Shown: positions 13,238 through 26,875, counted from the first letter of the stretch. The stretch: 64,000 nt of DNA from Tubulanus polymorphus (GCF_964204645.1 NC_134028.1:4712001-4776000); one strand, 5' to 3'. Made by a program: numbers and translations. Notes: a model not told the origin generated them from the letters alone.

Positions 13238-16200
13238 ATGGCCGTAGCTAGTTTAAGAGATATGAGTTTTATTCACGGTGATGGAACCGATGATTTGACC
13301 GAGTTACTGCACAGAGGAGCCGTTACTGGCAGTAAACGATACGTTAAAAAGGCTTTGAACTCGGGTTAGAAAAATACTAAAACTTCATTCAAAATCTGAC
13401 ACGTATTTCATAATTTTATAATTCAATCATTTAAAGTTTTTAGTTTTTGGTTGAATTAATGCCAGTTTTTGTGTGTGAATTGAAGGTATATGTATTGATA
13501 ACCCGAATGAAGATGGTCAAACTGCTTTATTCGGAGCTTGTTACGAAGGACATGAGATGATAGTTGAATATCTATTACAACATGGAGCTGATCCAAACAA
13601 GTAAAGTATCGAAATTCGTCTCATTAAAATCAAATCTAAGTTTACAGTTTACAGTTTATTTAATAAACTGAAGGTCTCCAATTTAGACAATATGAGTGAA
13701 AAATAGAACAATATACAAAATAACAAGAACATTATTTCACATGGATTGAGTGCTTCCCACCTGACCTGACTAAAACAAACTATTTTAAGGGCTCAACTCC
13801 TCCCAAAAATATCAAGATTTACCCTCAAAATCAGAATCATTTTTAGTTCATTTTCAATGATGCTAATATATCATACAACTCTTATTATTATTTGTTGTGA
13901 AAACTTCTACTATTAGAGGTATCAGGTAGACTGGTCTTAGGCTCCCTGGAATGTTAGGATTTGTCTGTATAAAATGGATCCTTTTTTCGTCTAAATGTAG
14001 AAATGATTAAAGCATCAAAATGAAAAATCTAGGCCTTTTTATCATATAGAGGTACAAGGCTGTGCGTGATATTTGTCTCTGCCTAATCCCTTATTTCTCA
14101 TCCTCAATAAATCTAGTAAATGTTGAGATGTACATTTTTGTGGTTATTCCCTCCATATTTTAAGATCTCTTTATTTCACCAGACGTAGTTCCACTAACGC
14201 GACCCCGGTTCATGCCGCTTGTTATTCGGCTAATATACGTATAATGGAAAAGATCGTCGAGGCTGGTGGAGATCTTCGTTTGCACGATATCAATCAACGC
14301 TCTCCTAAAGACTGGGCTCTGATGCAGCCCGATTTAAAAAAACGACGCAAAATCCTCGAATTCATCGAGAAAATACGACTTTCAGCTTTAAACAGTTCGA
14401 ATCGTAAGGATACAACGATGGAGAAATTGAATTCATCCACAACTAGGTCAGTTCAACGCTGCAGCCAGTAACATGGTTCTCCGATCCAGTTTGATTAGTT
14501 CATTTCAATGTTTTAACTCAAGACTCAATTTTCATTGAGAATCATGAAACCTGTAGAGAATCTGATGAGTTTGTGATTGAATTATTTTGATTTTCTATAA
14601 TGATCGTTTCAGTCGGAATAAACTTACGGCGACTGCAAATTCAATAATCGATCTGTTTAAAAGTCTCAGCACTCACAGTAATGATAATAATCTCAATGTG
14701 CAGAACTCTGGATTCGGTCAGGTAAGAGTAGAGTCTGTCGAATTCATCAGCATCCAGTTTCATTAGCTCCCGCTGGGGAAATACTCTTGAGTCCTGTGTT
14801 TTAATGAGGTAGTCTCTCCTCCTGGGCTGACTAGATGATCAGGGAGGTAGTGTTTCCCTCCTGGCTAACCATTGATGAACAGGGAGGTAGTCTCTCCCTC
14901 CTCCTGGGCTGGCTAGATAATCAGAGAGGCTGGGCTATCGGTAGATGATAGGGCAGGTACTCTCTCCCTCCTCCTGGGCTGACTAGTTAGTTACCTAATT
15001 GTTGGTGGTAAGCTTTTCTTAATCGGATGGGCTTATACCAAAGTGGTTTGTGAATATATCCGATCGTGAAACTAAACCATAGACAGGTTACTGACTAGGG
15101 CTGACTTTATTGATGGTTATGTGATTATTATACGTAGGTCTATTACGATAAAGATACACATGGAACAATCGCTTCGATTCCATTGGTTGAAGAGCGTTTA
15201 CTGAAACACAATAATAACTCGATTACGTTCAACAACGGCCCTTATATGGTCATGGAAAGGTATCGTATATAGAGTTAGAGACTATAGAGTTAAAACTGCG
15301 GACATTAACTAATTTAATTCTAAGAAAAGTCAAACCTGACTGAGATCTACAGAACTGGGTCCAGATCTTTCTTGTCTATTCAAATCACCCTATGACATCA
15401 TCATCAATTATAAGTGACAATTATGCGTTGTTTTTTCAGTATGTTTTGGAATGAAACGAGTGTAACGGCTAAACGTCTACATCGTTCGCCGCCCTCTGGT
15501 GGTGTTATAGACCTACTCATACATGAGAATCGTAATATCGCTAAACTACGTCATCCGAACATCTTGTTACTGATGGGAATCTGTCAGACTGATAACCTGG
15601 AGAATCTGGTTTTATTGTATGAATCTGTAGCTCTAGGTTCACTTTATCATTACCTTCATGAACGGGTAAGCGATTCATTTACACATTTTGATCATTCCTT
15701 TCGTCTTTGGTTCTGCTTTTTAATGATTAGTTAATCTATAATTGATAATTATTGTTAAATCCTATTCTATATTATGTGCGTGGGTACAACTGTATGAGGG
15801 CCGTGTTCTTTTTAGTCCCTGTGTTTGATGATTGATCCGTTGATCCAGGTCTCAAATTCTCTATCACCATTTCTATTAATTCGTTGTCGTTGTTGTTCTT
15901 TAAGGTTATGGAAGGTGCGTACCGGTATGTGTCTTAATGGCCTCCTATTAGCACATTTGTATGCACCTAAATCTGATAGTAATATCTGAATGTGTTAGAT
16001 GTTGTTTGTCTATGGTTTTATGATAGTTTGTATGAATGTTTAGTGTTAACCTGGTGTCAAATTAACAATGAAAAACAGGTAGTGACTGTGTAAGTTCATA
16101 AGGTAAATGGAAGCTTCATCATTTACCTGATGAAGCTTCATCAGGGGTAAATGATTAAGCCTTTTTGTTTAACGATTTTCCCATCTCAAGCACCAATAAA

Positions 16201-19200
16201 CTTTACTCTGTTGAATCCATAGTTTGCAGTTAGGATTTGACTCTAAAATTACAACATTGGAAATGAACAAATTTCAACAATGTCGTCAAACTTGACTAAT
16301 AACCGAAAAACTGTGCATCTTAATATTTGACTGTAATCAAGTTATATGTGTGTTTGTTTGTAGTTTGAGAGTATGAGTAAAGGAGATGTAAACAATGTTT
16401 CGCAGCAGATTGTCAGCGCCGTTATCTTCTTACAAGAACACAATATAACGCATTGTAATATAACATCACACGCCGTTCAGCTAGTATCGCCATTCATAGC
16501 TAAACTCAGTAACTTCGAATACGCTATTCAAAAGTATGTTTCATTTCAGTAATTCTCGATCGAGTTCCACAGTTCTGGGTTGATTTTGACAGCCGTCATC
16601 TCTGTTTGTATCCGGTGTATTTTCAGCGATTGTAAAATTCAATTCAGTGCAGCTGTTTATAATAAATACGCTAATGCAGTGTACAATTGGATGGCTCCCG
16701 AAGTGATGGATGGCGAACCACCGACGAACCTGTCTGATCTCTACAGTTTCTGTGTCGTTATGTGGGAGATGTTTCAAGGTAAAGCATTTTCACTCATTTC
16801 GATGAGTCTAGTCAACTGATCGACTCAAGTGAGTTTCACTGTATTTTATTTTTCCGTTCATTGACTCGGACCTTATTTTGCCGGTTCCATTTTGTCGGTA
16901 TCGCACAAGGTTTACTGTAGTACTGGTATGATTAAAACAGGAACGAAATTGAGTTGGAAATGCTTAAGATTAGATTAAGTTCCCATTGTTTTTGCGAACT
17001 GCGGAATTCGTGGAGATGGAACCTCGATGAATGACGCCGGTGTGAATATATTGCAGGTGAAGTGCCGTGGAATGGAATGTCAGCTGAAGCCATACGTCAC
17101 ACTCTGTTAGACGATCGAGAGTGTTTATCAGTGTACGAGGATTCGATCCCGTTACCGTATTCTACAATGATCGAATGGGGTTTAAATATTCACCCGGATA
17201 GACGGAAGATATCGTTCGATCAACTTCAACAGATGCTGATCACTTGTCATAATCAGAAAGTACGTACGACATTCAAACTCAATCGGTGCTCGTTTGAACT
17301 CAGAGGTTATAAACACATGCTAGAAAAGATGGTTACTTCCATTAACCCTAAGACATCATCATTAAATTCATATTTTTGTCATTTTGATTTTTATACTCAG
17401 AAAATATTAAACATATGGTGATGTCAAATTGGATTTCATACCGTAGATCACTTGACGGAAACATAGGAAAAACAAATCGAGTCTCAGAAATAGAGACGCC
17501 TTCAGTATTGTGAAAACTTATCCAAATGTCAACTAAGCTTAAGCTGATTGTGCATGAAAAGAATTTCTGCAAAACATGGTTATTTCCATAAACTTCCTGA
17601 AGGCATCATCAAATTCTACCTACGCATTTTGATTTTTAAAAATGGTGATGTGATTGGGGGATCTCATGGAAGTAGACGTCTATCTCTAATGACGTGTGTA
17701 TGGCTGTTTTAGGAAATTCAGAGACAAATTGATCGTGATTTGTGTAGAACGAGATCTGTTCACGAAACTGAGAGAAGAAACAAACAACACACAGTTAACA
17801 ACACCGAACAACAGTTTGATTTCCCGATGACTAGTACGATGGAGAGACCTTCAGTCAGGAGACGGGGCATCCAACAAGACAGGTACGATCAACATTGATC
17901 GACTCCTCCGACGTTTAAACATGCGTCACTCACTGATTTAACATCCCTTTCAGGGATTCGCGAACTAATAATGAGGAAACTGAATTGAAAACTGTTTATA
18001 GTAAGGAGGAATTAAAAAAACCGAGGTAAACTGAAAAATGCATCGTTATAGTGTGTTCTACTGTAGATTTAGATGTGATATACAATTTACATGGGTCAGG
18101 ACCCATTTACGCTGTTCAGGACCCTCTGCTCTGACCCTCTGCTCAGGATCCATTTTCATCTGTTCAGGATCCAGTTCCACAGTTCTGGACCCAGTCCCAC
18201 TGTTCACCCTTGAGTCAAAAAGTGGAACTTGATTCTCAACTGTGTCCTCATTTGTAATAGTCTGGAATATTTCAGTCCAGCTCCGCGAATGAGTAAAATC
18301 AAAACTCCCGATAAATCAAGCAGTTATCAACCGTTAGAGAAAGGAAAATCACATCCAGTGAGTTTTATTTCAATGAGTTTTTAATTCATGCAATTAATTC
18401 TTTTTGGAATAACTCAAAGTGTTTTTGTATGTCTCTATAACCGAACAGGACTGCAAAATAAAGTTTAGCGAGTTTATGAATATTTTCAGTTTTTGAGACT
18501 CGATTCTGGTGGCGTGTCGTGTAACGTTCCGATGTCTGATACTGTTATCATCGATTCTCAAACTAACTACGATTTCATCTCGAACGAAGCGAAAAGAGAT
18601 TTTCTAACGTCGCAAAGAAAAAGTATCTTGAAACATGAGAAGTACGTATGAACCTGCATTTCCGCAGTCGGAAAATTTAGTTGTTTAAGCCACTTTCCCT
18701 TTGTTAAAAATGCAAATAATTGTAAAAATGGACTGTTGAACTAGTACTCTAGTTAACGTACTTTAATTTACGTACTTTAGAGTCACAGCCTGTGATATTC
18801 AAAAAGATCTTATACTCATTTGAAATGAATGAGAGTTGATAAATTTTCTGCGATCTTTTGTAGGGAAGTTATAGAATGTGCAGGAGACTCATTCACGACA
18901 CCAGTTAAACAGAAATATCGTATGGTTCCAAACGGACAGATATTTGAATCTCCTCAACTAATTGATGGACGTCTCCCTACGAGGTAAACACAGCTGCTAC
19001 TGTATACAGTTCCACCACTTCGCTTTGACACTTTGATGATATTAATTAGTTTACTTCGAACGTTTACACTCGTTAGAGTCAAACGTTTGAGCTGATGCCA
19101 ATACATTACATATGGCGAAACTCCGTAGAGACGATCGTTATCTCGAAGACATTGAAATATATATTTCACTTCAGTTATTGAATTGGAAATACAAATCGAA

Positions 19201-22200
19201 ACTCGAAAAATATAAATAACTTCGGTGCATCTACAGCGCAGTGCGGTGTATAAATACGTGATGACTGCTAGCACTGCGGTGTAAGATGGCTGTACCTTTC
19301 AAATATTAGTAACAAACAATACATTGCACTTCAGTTTATCTCTGTTAATTTCAGGTATTGATTAGTCAACACTTGGAGGATTAACCCGAGTTTGACAATA
19401 TACTTTCCTTCAAAAACAACACATATCCAATTATTTTTCTATGCGACTTTTTTTCAATACGATTAATGATGGAATTTGAATGTTGTTTGTAGCACTCAGA
19501 AACTGTTGTCGTATCCTAGCGAACCGGAATCACCGATACCTGACGGAGATCAGAATAATCTCAATACAAGTCGTAATTCTCGCTTGAGTACCGGGTCTGC
19601 GTGTAGGTCAGTTTCAACTCTCTCCACTAGGTGTCTCTATGTGTGTCTACTGGTACATGTGTTTTTGGTGTTTATTGTAGTCCTGGTAAAGTATTGATTA
19701 AACCCGCCAGTCATCAATTAACTCATGACCCAACAGTAGGAATCAACAACCCACCCACTACTAACCTACCGATGACTAATGACCTACAAGAACACATACA
19801 GTGTTACAGGTGGGTTAATATTGACAGCTAGCTGCAACTGAAGATCTTAGAGGAGTTTTAAAGAATATAAAAGAAATACTGAAATACATATGAATCTGAA
19901 TTGTATATATCTGTATTTGTAGATCAGAGGCATTTATGCAAATCAAACCAACTGATAAAGTGTTGTCCGATGTAGCCATGCAGAATGGAGGTTGTTTTAC
20001 GTATAACAGTCCGGCCTCCTCTCAGTGGTATGCTGGTAAAGGTAGCGTTCGTAATCTTATACAGAACTTCGACGTGAATTCTGAACATGAACTGGTAAGT
20101 TATAGCTATGTATCCTGTATTTCTGTTTCTATTGTTCATCAGGAATCAGTTCCGCAGTCTTAATTCGATCAAATTTTACTTATTGGTTAAAACGGATTTC
20201 AATTGTAGAGTAAATATTAACTGATTACTGTTTGACTGAACTGTTGAACTGAGTCCAGAACTGAGGAACTGGGTCCTGAACTGTGGAACTGGATCCTGAA
20301 CTGTAGAACTGGAGCCTGAACTTTAGAACTGGATCCTGAACTGTAGAACTGGATCCTGAACTGTAGAACTGGTTTGATGAAGTTTGTTGAATTGTTTTTT
20401 TAGATCAATCCGAGACAGAAGCATGTTTTGTGTGGTGTAAATGCTCATAAGAATCTATTGCGTCAGAAGCAGGATGTTTCACCTGTAGGGGGCGTACCAG
20501 TTTTAAATGGTAGATACAAGGTAGCCATACTCGCTACATATTCAATGAATCGTAGTCTTTGCAATCTGGAATTCATAAATGATTTTCATTTTTAGCCCGT
20601 TGACGAGAAGAAAAAGATACGTCTTGGAACGAAAGCTCCAGTTTATAAGAAAGCTGGCTCTACAGCATTTGACAGGTAAATCCAGATTTTACAAGCCTGG
20701 TTTAAATAGCGAACTCCAGTGCCCAGTTCCACAGTTGTCAGTTAAGATTTGACTCAAGAGTTAACTCATTGAAAATGAACTGATTTTAACTCAAACTCAC
20801 AACTGTGGAGTTAAAACATTTTTAATATGAACCAATTTAATTGCTGTTGAACTGAGACTAGATGTAAATGTTGTATGTAGGTTATACAAGGCACTGGCAA
20901 CTCCCGCTAGTGTAGACTGTGACCCAACCAAAACACAACACGCGACAGACAACTGTGAGACAGTGGAGGCTGAGTGTCAGCAGATGCTGGAAGAGGAAGA
21001 GCTTCGAACAGAAAACGGTACAGCAAAACCCCCTTATTATAAAAAAAAGTCAATAACTACAGCATGCTGTCATTCCAGTGGTTGTATAGTAGGGTGTTGA
21101 ACTCACTGACATCATCTTTCGCAGTAAAGACTTTGTTTGGCAGACTGTTCTAGGGGCTGACTACTCGTTGTGTAATTTATATTTTCATATGATTCTAGCT
21201 GAAACTCAAACATCTCTCGTGACTCCAGTTGAAACTCAAGAGTTTATTTATCCGGCTATGATTGAAACTCGATCTCTCGGTCGCGTAATGCGTCTGCCAA
21301 GCACCGGTACGTCTATTTATAAACCGGGTTGGCCAAAACCTGGAAAACTCGGGGAATCAGAAAATATTTGGAAAAAATCAGGGAAAACTGAGGGAATTTG
21401 ACACATTTTACCAAAAAACTGGAAAACTCTGGGAATTCAGATAATGCTATTGAGCATGTGTTTCTTTATCAATACTGTACGCGATTCAATGAAAAATGAG
21501 TGAATTGTATGATTTTAAACCTAAAAACCTCTCTGATTCACACAGGGAATTTTGTGAATCACATCGAAAAATCAGGGAAAACTCAGGGATTTGTAAATGG
21601 GCGGAAAATGGCCACCGTGCAAACACTCCTCTTATATCTCAACACAGTTTAAAAATATGTCTGTTGTTTTTGGTTCGTGTTTGTTTTGCAGATTCGAATG
21701 AAACGACCGATGAATTGGATACATTCGAACACGAAGCCATTGAAAGAATGCGAGAGAATTTAATACGAGATGTTCTTGCAAAACAGACTATACATGCTGA
21801 ACTGACAAGAAAAATCAGTGATACAAACTCACCGCCGTCAACAGGGTCTAGCAGTGGTTAGTCAAACTCCCCCTACTTCATCTCATCCTTTACCCCTCCC
21901 TACAGCTTCAGCTGTCAGCTTGTCATCCCCTCCCTCACCCTGGAGCCCTCTCTACAGCATCTAGCAGTGGTCAGTGAAACTCCCCTCTCAACGGCATCTA
22001 GCAGTGGTTAGTAACTCTCCCCTCAGCCTGCACCCTTCTCTACAGCGTCTAGCAGCAGTTAGTGAAACTCCCCTCCCGCACCCTTTACCCTTCTGCAGCT
22101 TTCAACCGCAGTCAATCAAACCCCCCTCTCCCTTACTCTGCAGAATTCGAGGGGTTCTAGGCTGTATATTGATTGTGGTTGTAATTGTTGTAGATACCGC

Positions 22201-23791
22201 TCAGTCTCAACGCAGTGTAACGTTCAGTGATCCGGTTATCGAGAATAAAACATCAATGAGTGATCAATGTGTGATCACTAATGTGTCTATAGAAGAGAAC
22301 GATTTACAACCGGTGTCTTCTGCTTCCGATCAATCAACTCAATCCTCCTCCTCACAATCACAGGTATTTCTCAGAGTTCAGATTTATAGAAGTGTTGTAC
22401 ATGACATCATAGTTTGTTTGCCCATCAGTGATGAAGACTTGCCGTTCATAACAACGAGAGATGATCAGGGGATTTACAAACTTCAAGGGTCTGTCATGTA
22501 AATCACTTATTGTGTTTGACACATGGATGTAAGATATGTATAAATCCATCACTGACAAGTTGAAACAGCGTGAAATTAATCAAATTTTCTGTTTGTTTAA
22601 TTCATAGTGCGTTTCATCGGGTTTTAGCAAAGTTTTACTCTTATTGAAGTCAGAATATAAGGTATACCGAACATCAGTAGTAAAATGAAGTTGTGATTTA
22701 TTGTGTTTTGTAGCGAAAACCCGGGACTTCCAAATCTCTGGAAGACCTTGAAGAGTTTTATTTCGATGATGTCATCACGCCGAGTTTATACAATGAGAAT
22801 CATATGAGACTTCAGGCTACGATGTCTTTAGACGCAGCGAACATTCCAACATCAGCAGCAGCAGCGGGATGTCGCAGTACTTCGCCTCATCCTGCTGAGG
22901 GCGATCACCTCACAACCGTTACTGCTGTGGATGCTGTACAGATGAGAACAGTATCAGAAACATTTCAATCATCGCATAATACTGAACATATAGAACAGAT
23001 AGATCAGAGAGCGCATGAAGTCAATCAAGGGGGTAAGAGATATCAATCAATTGGGACACTTGATTCTGATTTTGGTCAGGCAATAGCACTCTGGTTGATT
23101 TTATTTTAAAATGGCTCTAAGGCTTGGTGTTTGAGTTTGAATTTGTAGCATTCTCGAGTTAAGAGGAGTTGACTGTACCCGGTATACACTGATAGCTCTA
23201 TAAGGATCTTGGTAATGAGACTCATATTGATATCTATGTATATTTGAATAGATTATGAAGGCAACACAGAGGGTTGTGTGAATGAGAAATTTCTGTGTTC
23301 AACTCCGTACAACGATCACAATAAAAAGGTAAAACTGGCTGAATTACATTCTGGGAGACCAGTTGTCGCTCTCATACGTTAGTTAAAGTTAACACATGGA
23401 TAACTGACAGTTGGGATTGAAACTGATGGTTAAAGTTAACCACTGAACTGGTTAAAGTTAACCTATGGATTGACTAGCATAGTAACAATTAAACCTGCAT
23501 TGTTATCATGGCATTTATCCAAAGGTTAATTTTGGCCAACTTCTGTGTTACTGACCCCTGGTTGTTCTCAGAAGTTTTAAAGTAACTGGCTGTCTGTTAT
23601 AGGTTGTGAAAGTGATTGCGGAACCGGGTTACTCGACTATAGTCGAAACTGAAACTACATTTGACGGAGAAACAACGGAACACCTGGTGACGGCGAGTAG
23701 AACTAATCTGGAGACGGGCGATGTGGATGAGATGATCCCTCAACGAGCCTCGTCTCAAACTATTGTCGCCGAGGTCCGAGTCGAACGTTAA
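13238..23791 (+). CDS. TEX14: TEX14-like ankyrin-repeat inactive serine/threonine kinase
   Basis: Exons 13238-13364, 13486-13600, 14183-14446, 14613-14721, 15138-15259, 15440-15665, 16364-16533, 16627-16778 and 17057-17259, then about 17 low-complexity exons ending at 23603-23791. Motifs matching human TEX14 from memory: GQTALF, TPVHAA, AGGDLRLHD..PKDWAL, GFG, FNNGPYMVM, DLLIHE..KLRHP..LLLM, YNWMAPEV, SDLYSF, PW.G. AATAAA at 23929. Confidence 0.92.
14805..14983. repeat. Intronic ~40-bp degenerate minisatellite (gggaggtagtctctccctcctcctgggctgactagatgatca)
   Basis: About 4 degenerate units. Confidence 0.7.
14984..15097. mobile_element. 114-bp hAT-type MITE, internally deleted relative of 11911-12759
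   Basis: TIRs TAGTTAGTTACCT / AGGTTACTGACTA with a perfect 8-bp TSD GGGCTGAC (14976-14983, 15098-15105). The sequence is the left end plus the right end of the long element. Confidence 0.88.
20246..20372. repeat. 20-bp minisatellite (gaactgtagaactggatcct)
   Basis: About 6 units. Related inverted units occur at about 18095-18205. Confidence 0.85.
21324..21619. mobile_element. Degenerate hAT-like MITE with subterminal TCAGGGAA repeats
   Basis: Ends CCGGGTTGGCCA / TGGCCACCGTG with multiple aaaatcagggaa motifs; no clear TSD. Confidence 0.55.
21845..22130 (+). repeat. Degenerate tandem repeat that copies a TEX14 exon end and its splice donor
   Basis: Repeated (cta)cag-c[ag]tctagcagtg-gt[tc]agtgaaactcccc units. 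Confidence 0.7.
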
Positions 23792-24049
23792 TTGCTGCAT
23801 GATCTCTACTTCATTCTTAAATCATTTTAATATTTGATGGAATTAATTCATAGTTTGTTTTAAGGAAAAAGTTGTTTTCTATTGATATTTTTGTTACTGT
23901 TTATGCAATTGATGTTAGAATTCTGTGCAATAAAACTGCAGTTCATTGTTTGTTTTAAACAAGAATTCTCATTGTACTGTGTTTGTGTGTGTTTTGGGAA
24001 CTTAATTTATTGAATGATGGTAGAAATCTCCCTTAAGCACAATTTGGAC

Positions 24050-24260
24050 ATACTCACTGACCCCCGTCTTTACTGGGCTGACTCACTGACCCCCAGTCTT
24101 TATACTGGGCTGACTGACCCTCTCGGCCTCAAGTCCCAAAGTCTATACTGGTGTCTGGAGCATGGACTGACTGACTCCCGGCCTGGTCTCTATACTTTAA
24201 TCGAGGCCTGAAGCTTGGACTGACTGACCCCCGGTTCCTGTTTCTATACTGAATCGTGGT
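24050..24260. repeat. Degenerate minisatellite (gactgactgaccccc...tatactg)
   Basis: About 5 irregular units downstream of TEX14. Confidence 0.6.
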
Positions 24261-25399
24261 CTGTAGTTAAGACTAATTGTAAATCCATTTTGACGGGTGT
24301 TAATTGCAGCAGGAAGGAACGTAATTATCAGGAGCAGATGCAGGTGCGCGTTGCACCTGTGAGAGGAGATTCAGTTAACACTGATTGTCACCTAGAAATA
24401 GTGTTGAGCACCATCACGAGCAGCTGCATCGATTCAGCTGCAGTCCTGCGACAGGGCCGTACGGGGGTAGAAAAACCGAAAAATGGCAGGTCTGTTGGAT
24501 GTGGCAATAATTAATTTCCTATTGATGTCAATTTTGACCTTAGCAAAATAACTTATTGTAGAATTTTCCATGAAATAAAGTTTTATATTTGATTTTACAA
24601 AAATATGGCAATGATATTAGCAAAAAGGTAACTTTTCCAAGATTTCTGGGGCTGCGACTCCCAGCCATGTACGCGGGAGGGGGTAACTATCTTTCATCCA
24701 GATTTCCATCTCCACATCGTCGCAGACACGAAAGAGTGATTACATAAACACGAGTTGACGGAAATTTGAAAAAAAATAGATCATGCAGATATATTTCAGT
24801 AAATCTCACAAAATAAAAACATCAGATACTAAAAAGAAATCATCTCTATCATTACTACGAAATGCACAACAACAAAAAACCTTTTTTCTCTTTTCTTCTC
24901 TTTGCTCGCGAAATAGTATAAAGCAGCGTCCAGCAGTATAATTACACTGTAGATAATCACACTACTCTTCAATTTTATATAACTAACAGCAGTATATGAT
25001 ATGATAGGAGATCATAAAACTTATACTCAATAACAACAACTTCAGTGCATTAAGATCATCTTTACAGAAACTAACAACATTACGAACAATTTATTTTGTT
25101 TCTGTTTTAAACATTGATTTCATAGACTGAATTTTACAAAGCCAAATCTACTGAGAAAGACACGTCCGAAGGCAATAGAAATCACTGCGGCGCGCCTCTT
25201 AAGTACAAGTAACTAACAAGGTTTTGACAGTGAGCGGTGATCTGACACTTCATTCGGGTGCATTCAAAACAATCTCGGATTCATTATAGAAAAGCTGAGT
25301 GAAATTTCAAAAACACTTTCCCAAACAACAGTTAAAGTTCCAATCTCTTTTTGAGTTTCGATATTGAATGTTACGATCTATTGGGAGGGAACACACTCT

Positions 25400-25491
25400 G
25401 GATCCAGTTTCACTGATATGTCGAGTTAGCTTGACTTGACTTCAATGCCATACCCTCAATACAATCAAACTCGCGTTGTGAGACTGGATTC
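25400..25491. mobile_element. Small hairpin MITE of the ccagtt(t/c)cac...gtg(a/g)aactgg family
   Basis: Inverted ends GGATCCAGTTTCAC / GTGAGACTGGATTC. Related remnants at about 945, 14485, 20722 and 32488. Confidence 0.55.
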
Positions 25492-25615
25492 ACATTTATA
25501 GGTGACGAGTCACATACTATTACTAACAGCACGCGACAATCTTGGTTACACATGCACTCTATTCAAAACCATCACCAGTTTTAATTCATCAAATCAATCA
25601 ATAATTCAACCCTTG

Positions 25616-26305
25616 TTATTTGAAAGCCGGGGTGTGAGAGTATTTGAGTTCTAGTAAAGATGACGGACAGCCTTGTATCTTGTTACCGTTACGCAAAACA
25701 AGATCTTCTTGTTGCAGTTGTTTCTTTATTCGATACCAAGTTGCGTCTAAAACCGGGCCGTCTCTGCTGTGGTCATACATGTCTTTGTCATATCTAAAGC
25801 TCATTTTCCTGAATGACAAAAACATGTTTCATCACATTAATACTTTTTGGAGCATTGTTTGATCTAATCGTGTTGAGTGACCAATAGAGTCGAATATCCA
25901 CGATCGAAACTATGTCCGCCGTAACTGGTGTAACCGGGACCCTGTGCGTCCTACAACGATAGGAGTGCGAGCCCAGGCTTCAATGACAATAACTTTATTC
26001 CAAAAAGGCAAATCTCAAATCAAAAGGCATCATCCAGGAAAACTAGAACAAAAATATAACCCGACCCTAGCACGGAACACGTGAACCCGCAGCATAAGCA
26101 GCAAGTGCTTACCCCGCTAGACCAAGGTGAGTCCAATTGCGTATCAGTTCAGTGGTGACTAGTTAGGTTTGGTGACTGATGACCAGTCAGGTGTGGTAAA
26201 CTGTCAATCAGTTTCTACTCACGAAGAAATACCCAAGATTCGGATTATCACTAATATCACTGGACTGATCATTGTAATTTGTGAGATATCAACAGTTAAA
26301 TCCAT
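25616..26305 (-). CDS. Putative orphan small protein E (91 aa, two exons)
   Basis: ATG at 26305; exon 26305-26223 ends at a strong GTGAGT donor (phase 2). Acceptor ttgtcattcag precedes exon 25808-25616 in the same frame: MDLTVDISQITMISPVILVIIRILGISS-KMSFRYDKDMYDH...PAFK. No recognisable homology. Confidence 0.45.
25915..26134 (-). mobile_element. Possible tRNA-derived SINE remnant
   Basis: Minus-strand head TGGTCTAGCGGGGTAAGCAC (box A-like) with a degenerate box B (GTTCCGTGC). Lies inside the predicted intron of ORF E. Confidence 0.4.
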
Positions 26306-26875
26306 CGTGCGCACTTATGACACTAGCCCAGTTGATAGTTAAGAGTTGACCCTTGATTATTTCTATTTGCTTGAAAATTGATTGTCAGTTGAAGGTGGAG
26401 ATTTATTTGGAGAAACTGGCTGTCTTTATTAGTCATGCTTAAACAAAAACGAGAATGGTGCGTGAGTTTATAAAAAGCTGCAGAAAGTGTGTAGAAGAGC
26501 AGGCACAGATCTAACAGTAGAATTTATATGATCAGGAAATGTAATTTACAGGGGAATCATTATTGAGAGGTCTGTGTGATGATATACTGATGAAGCTGAC
26601 CACCACTAACACGCGTAGTTTGATTCAATCTCTGAAGCAATTATTGCTTATCACGGATGATTTCTCCGGGGATTTTATTGGCGATAAATTGCGAAAATGT
26701 ACATTGATATCATCTATTCAGCCCGACACCGCACTGAGACCCGGTCCATGTGTCGATCACGCTTTCCATCGACTTCTCGAGCTCGTGAGGAGTTCACTTT
26801 TACAAAACAAATTGATACGACTTGCGACAAATAAACTTTGGGTCTGCGTCCGATTGACAAAACAACTATTAACTA

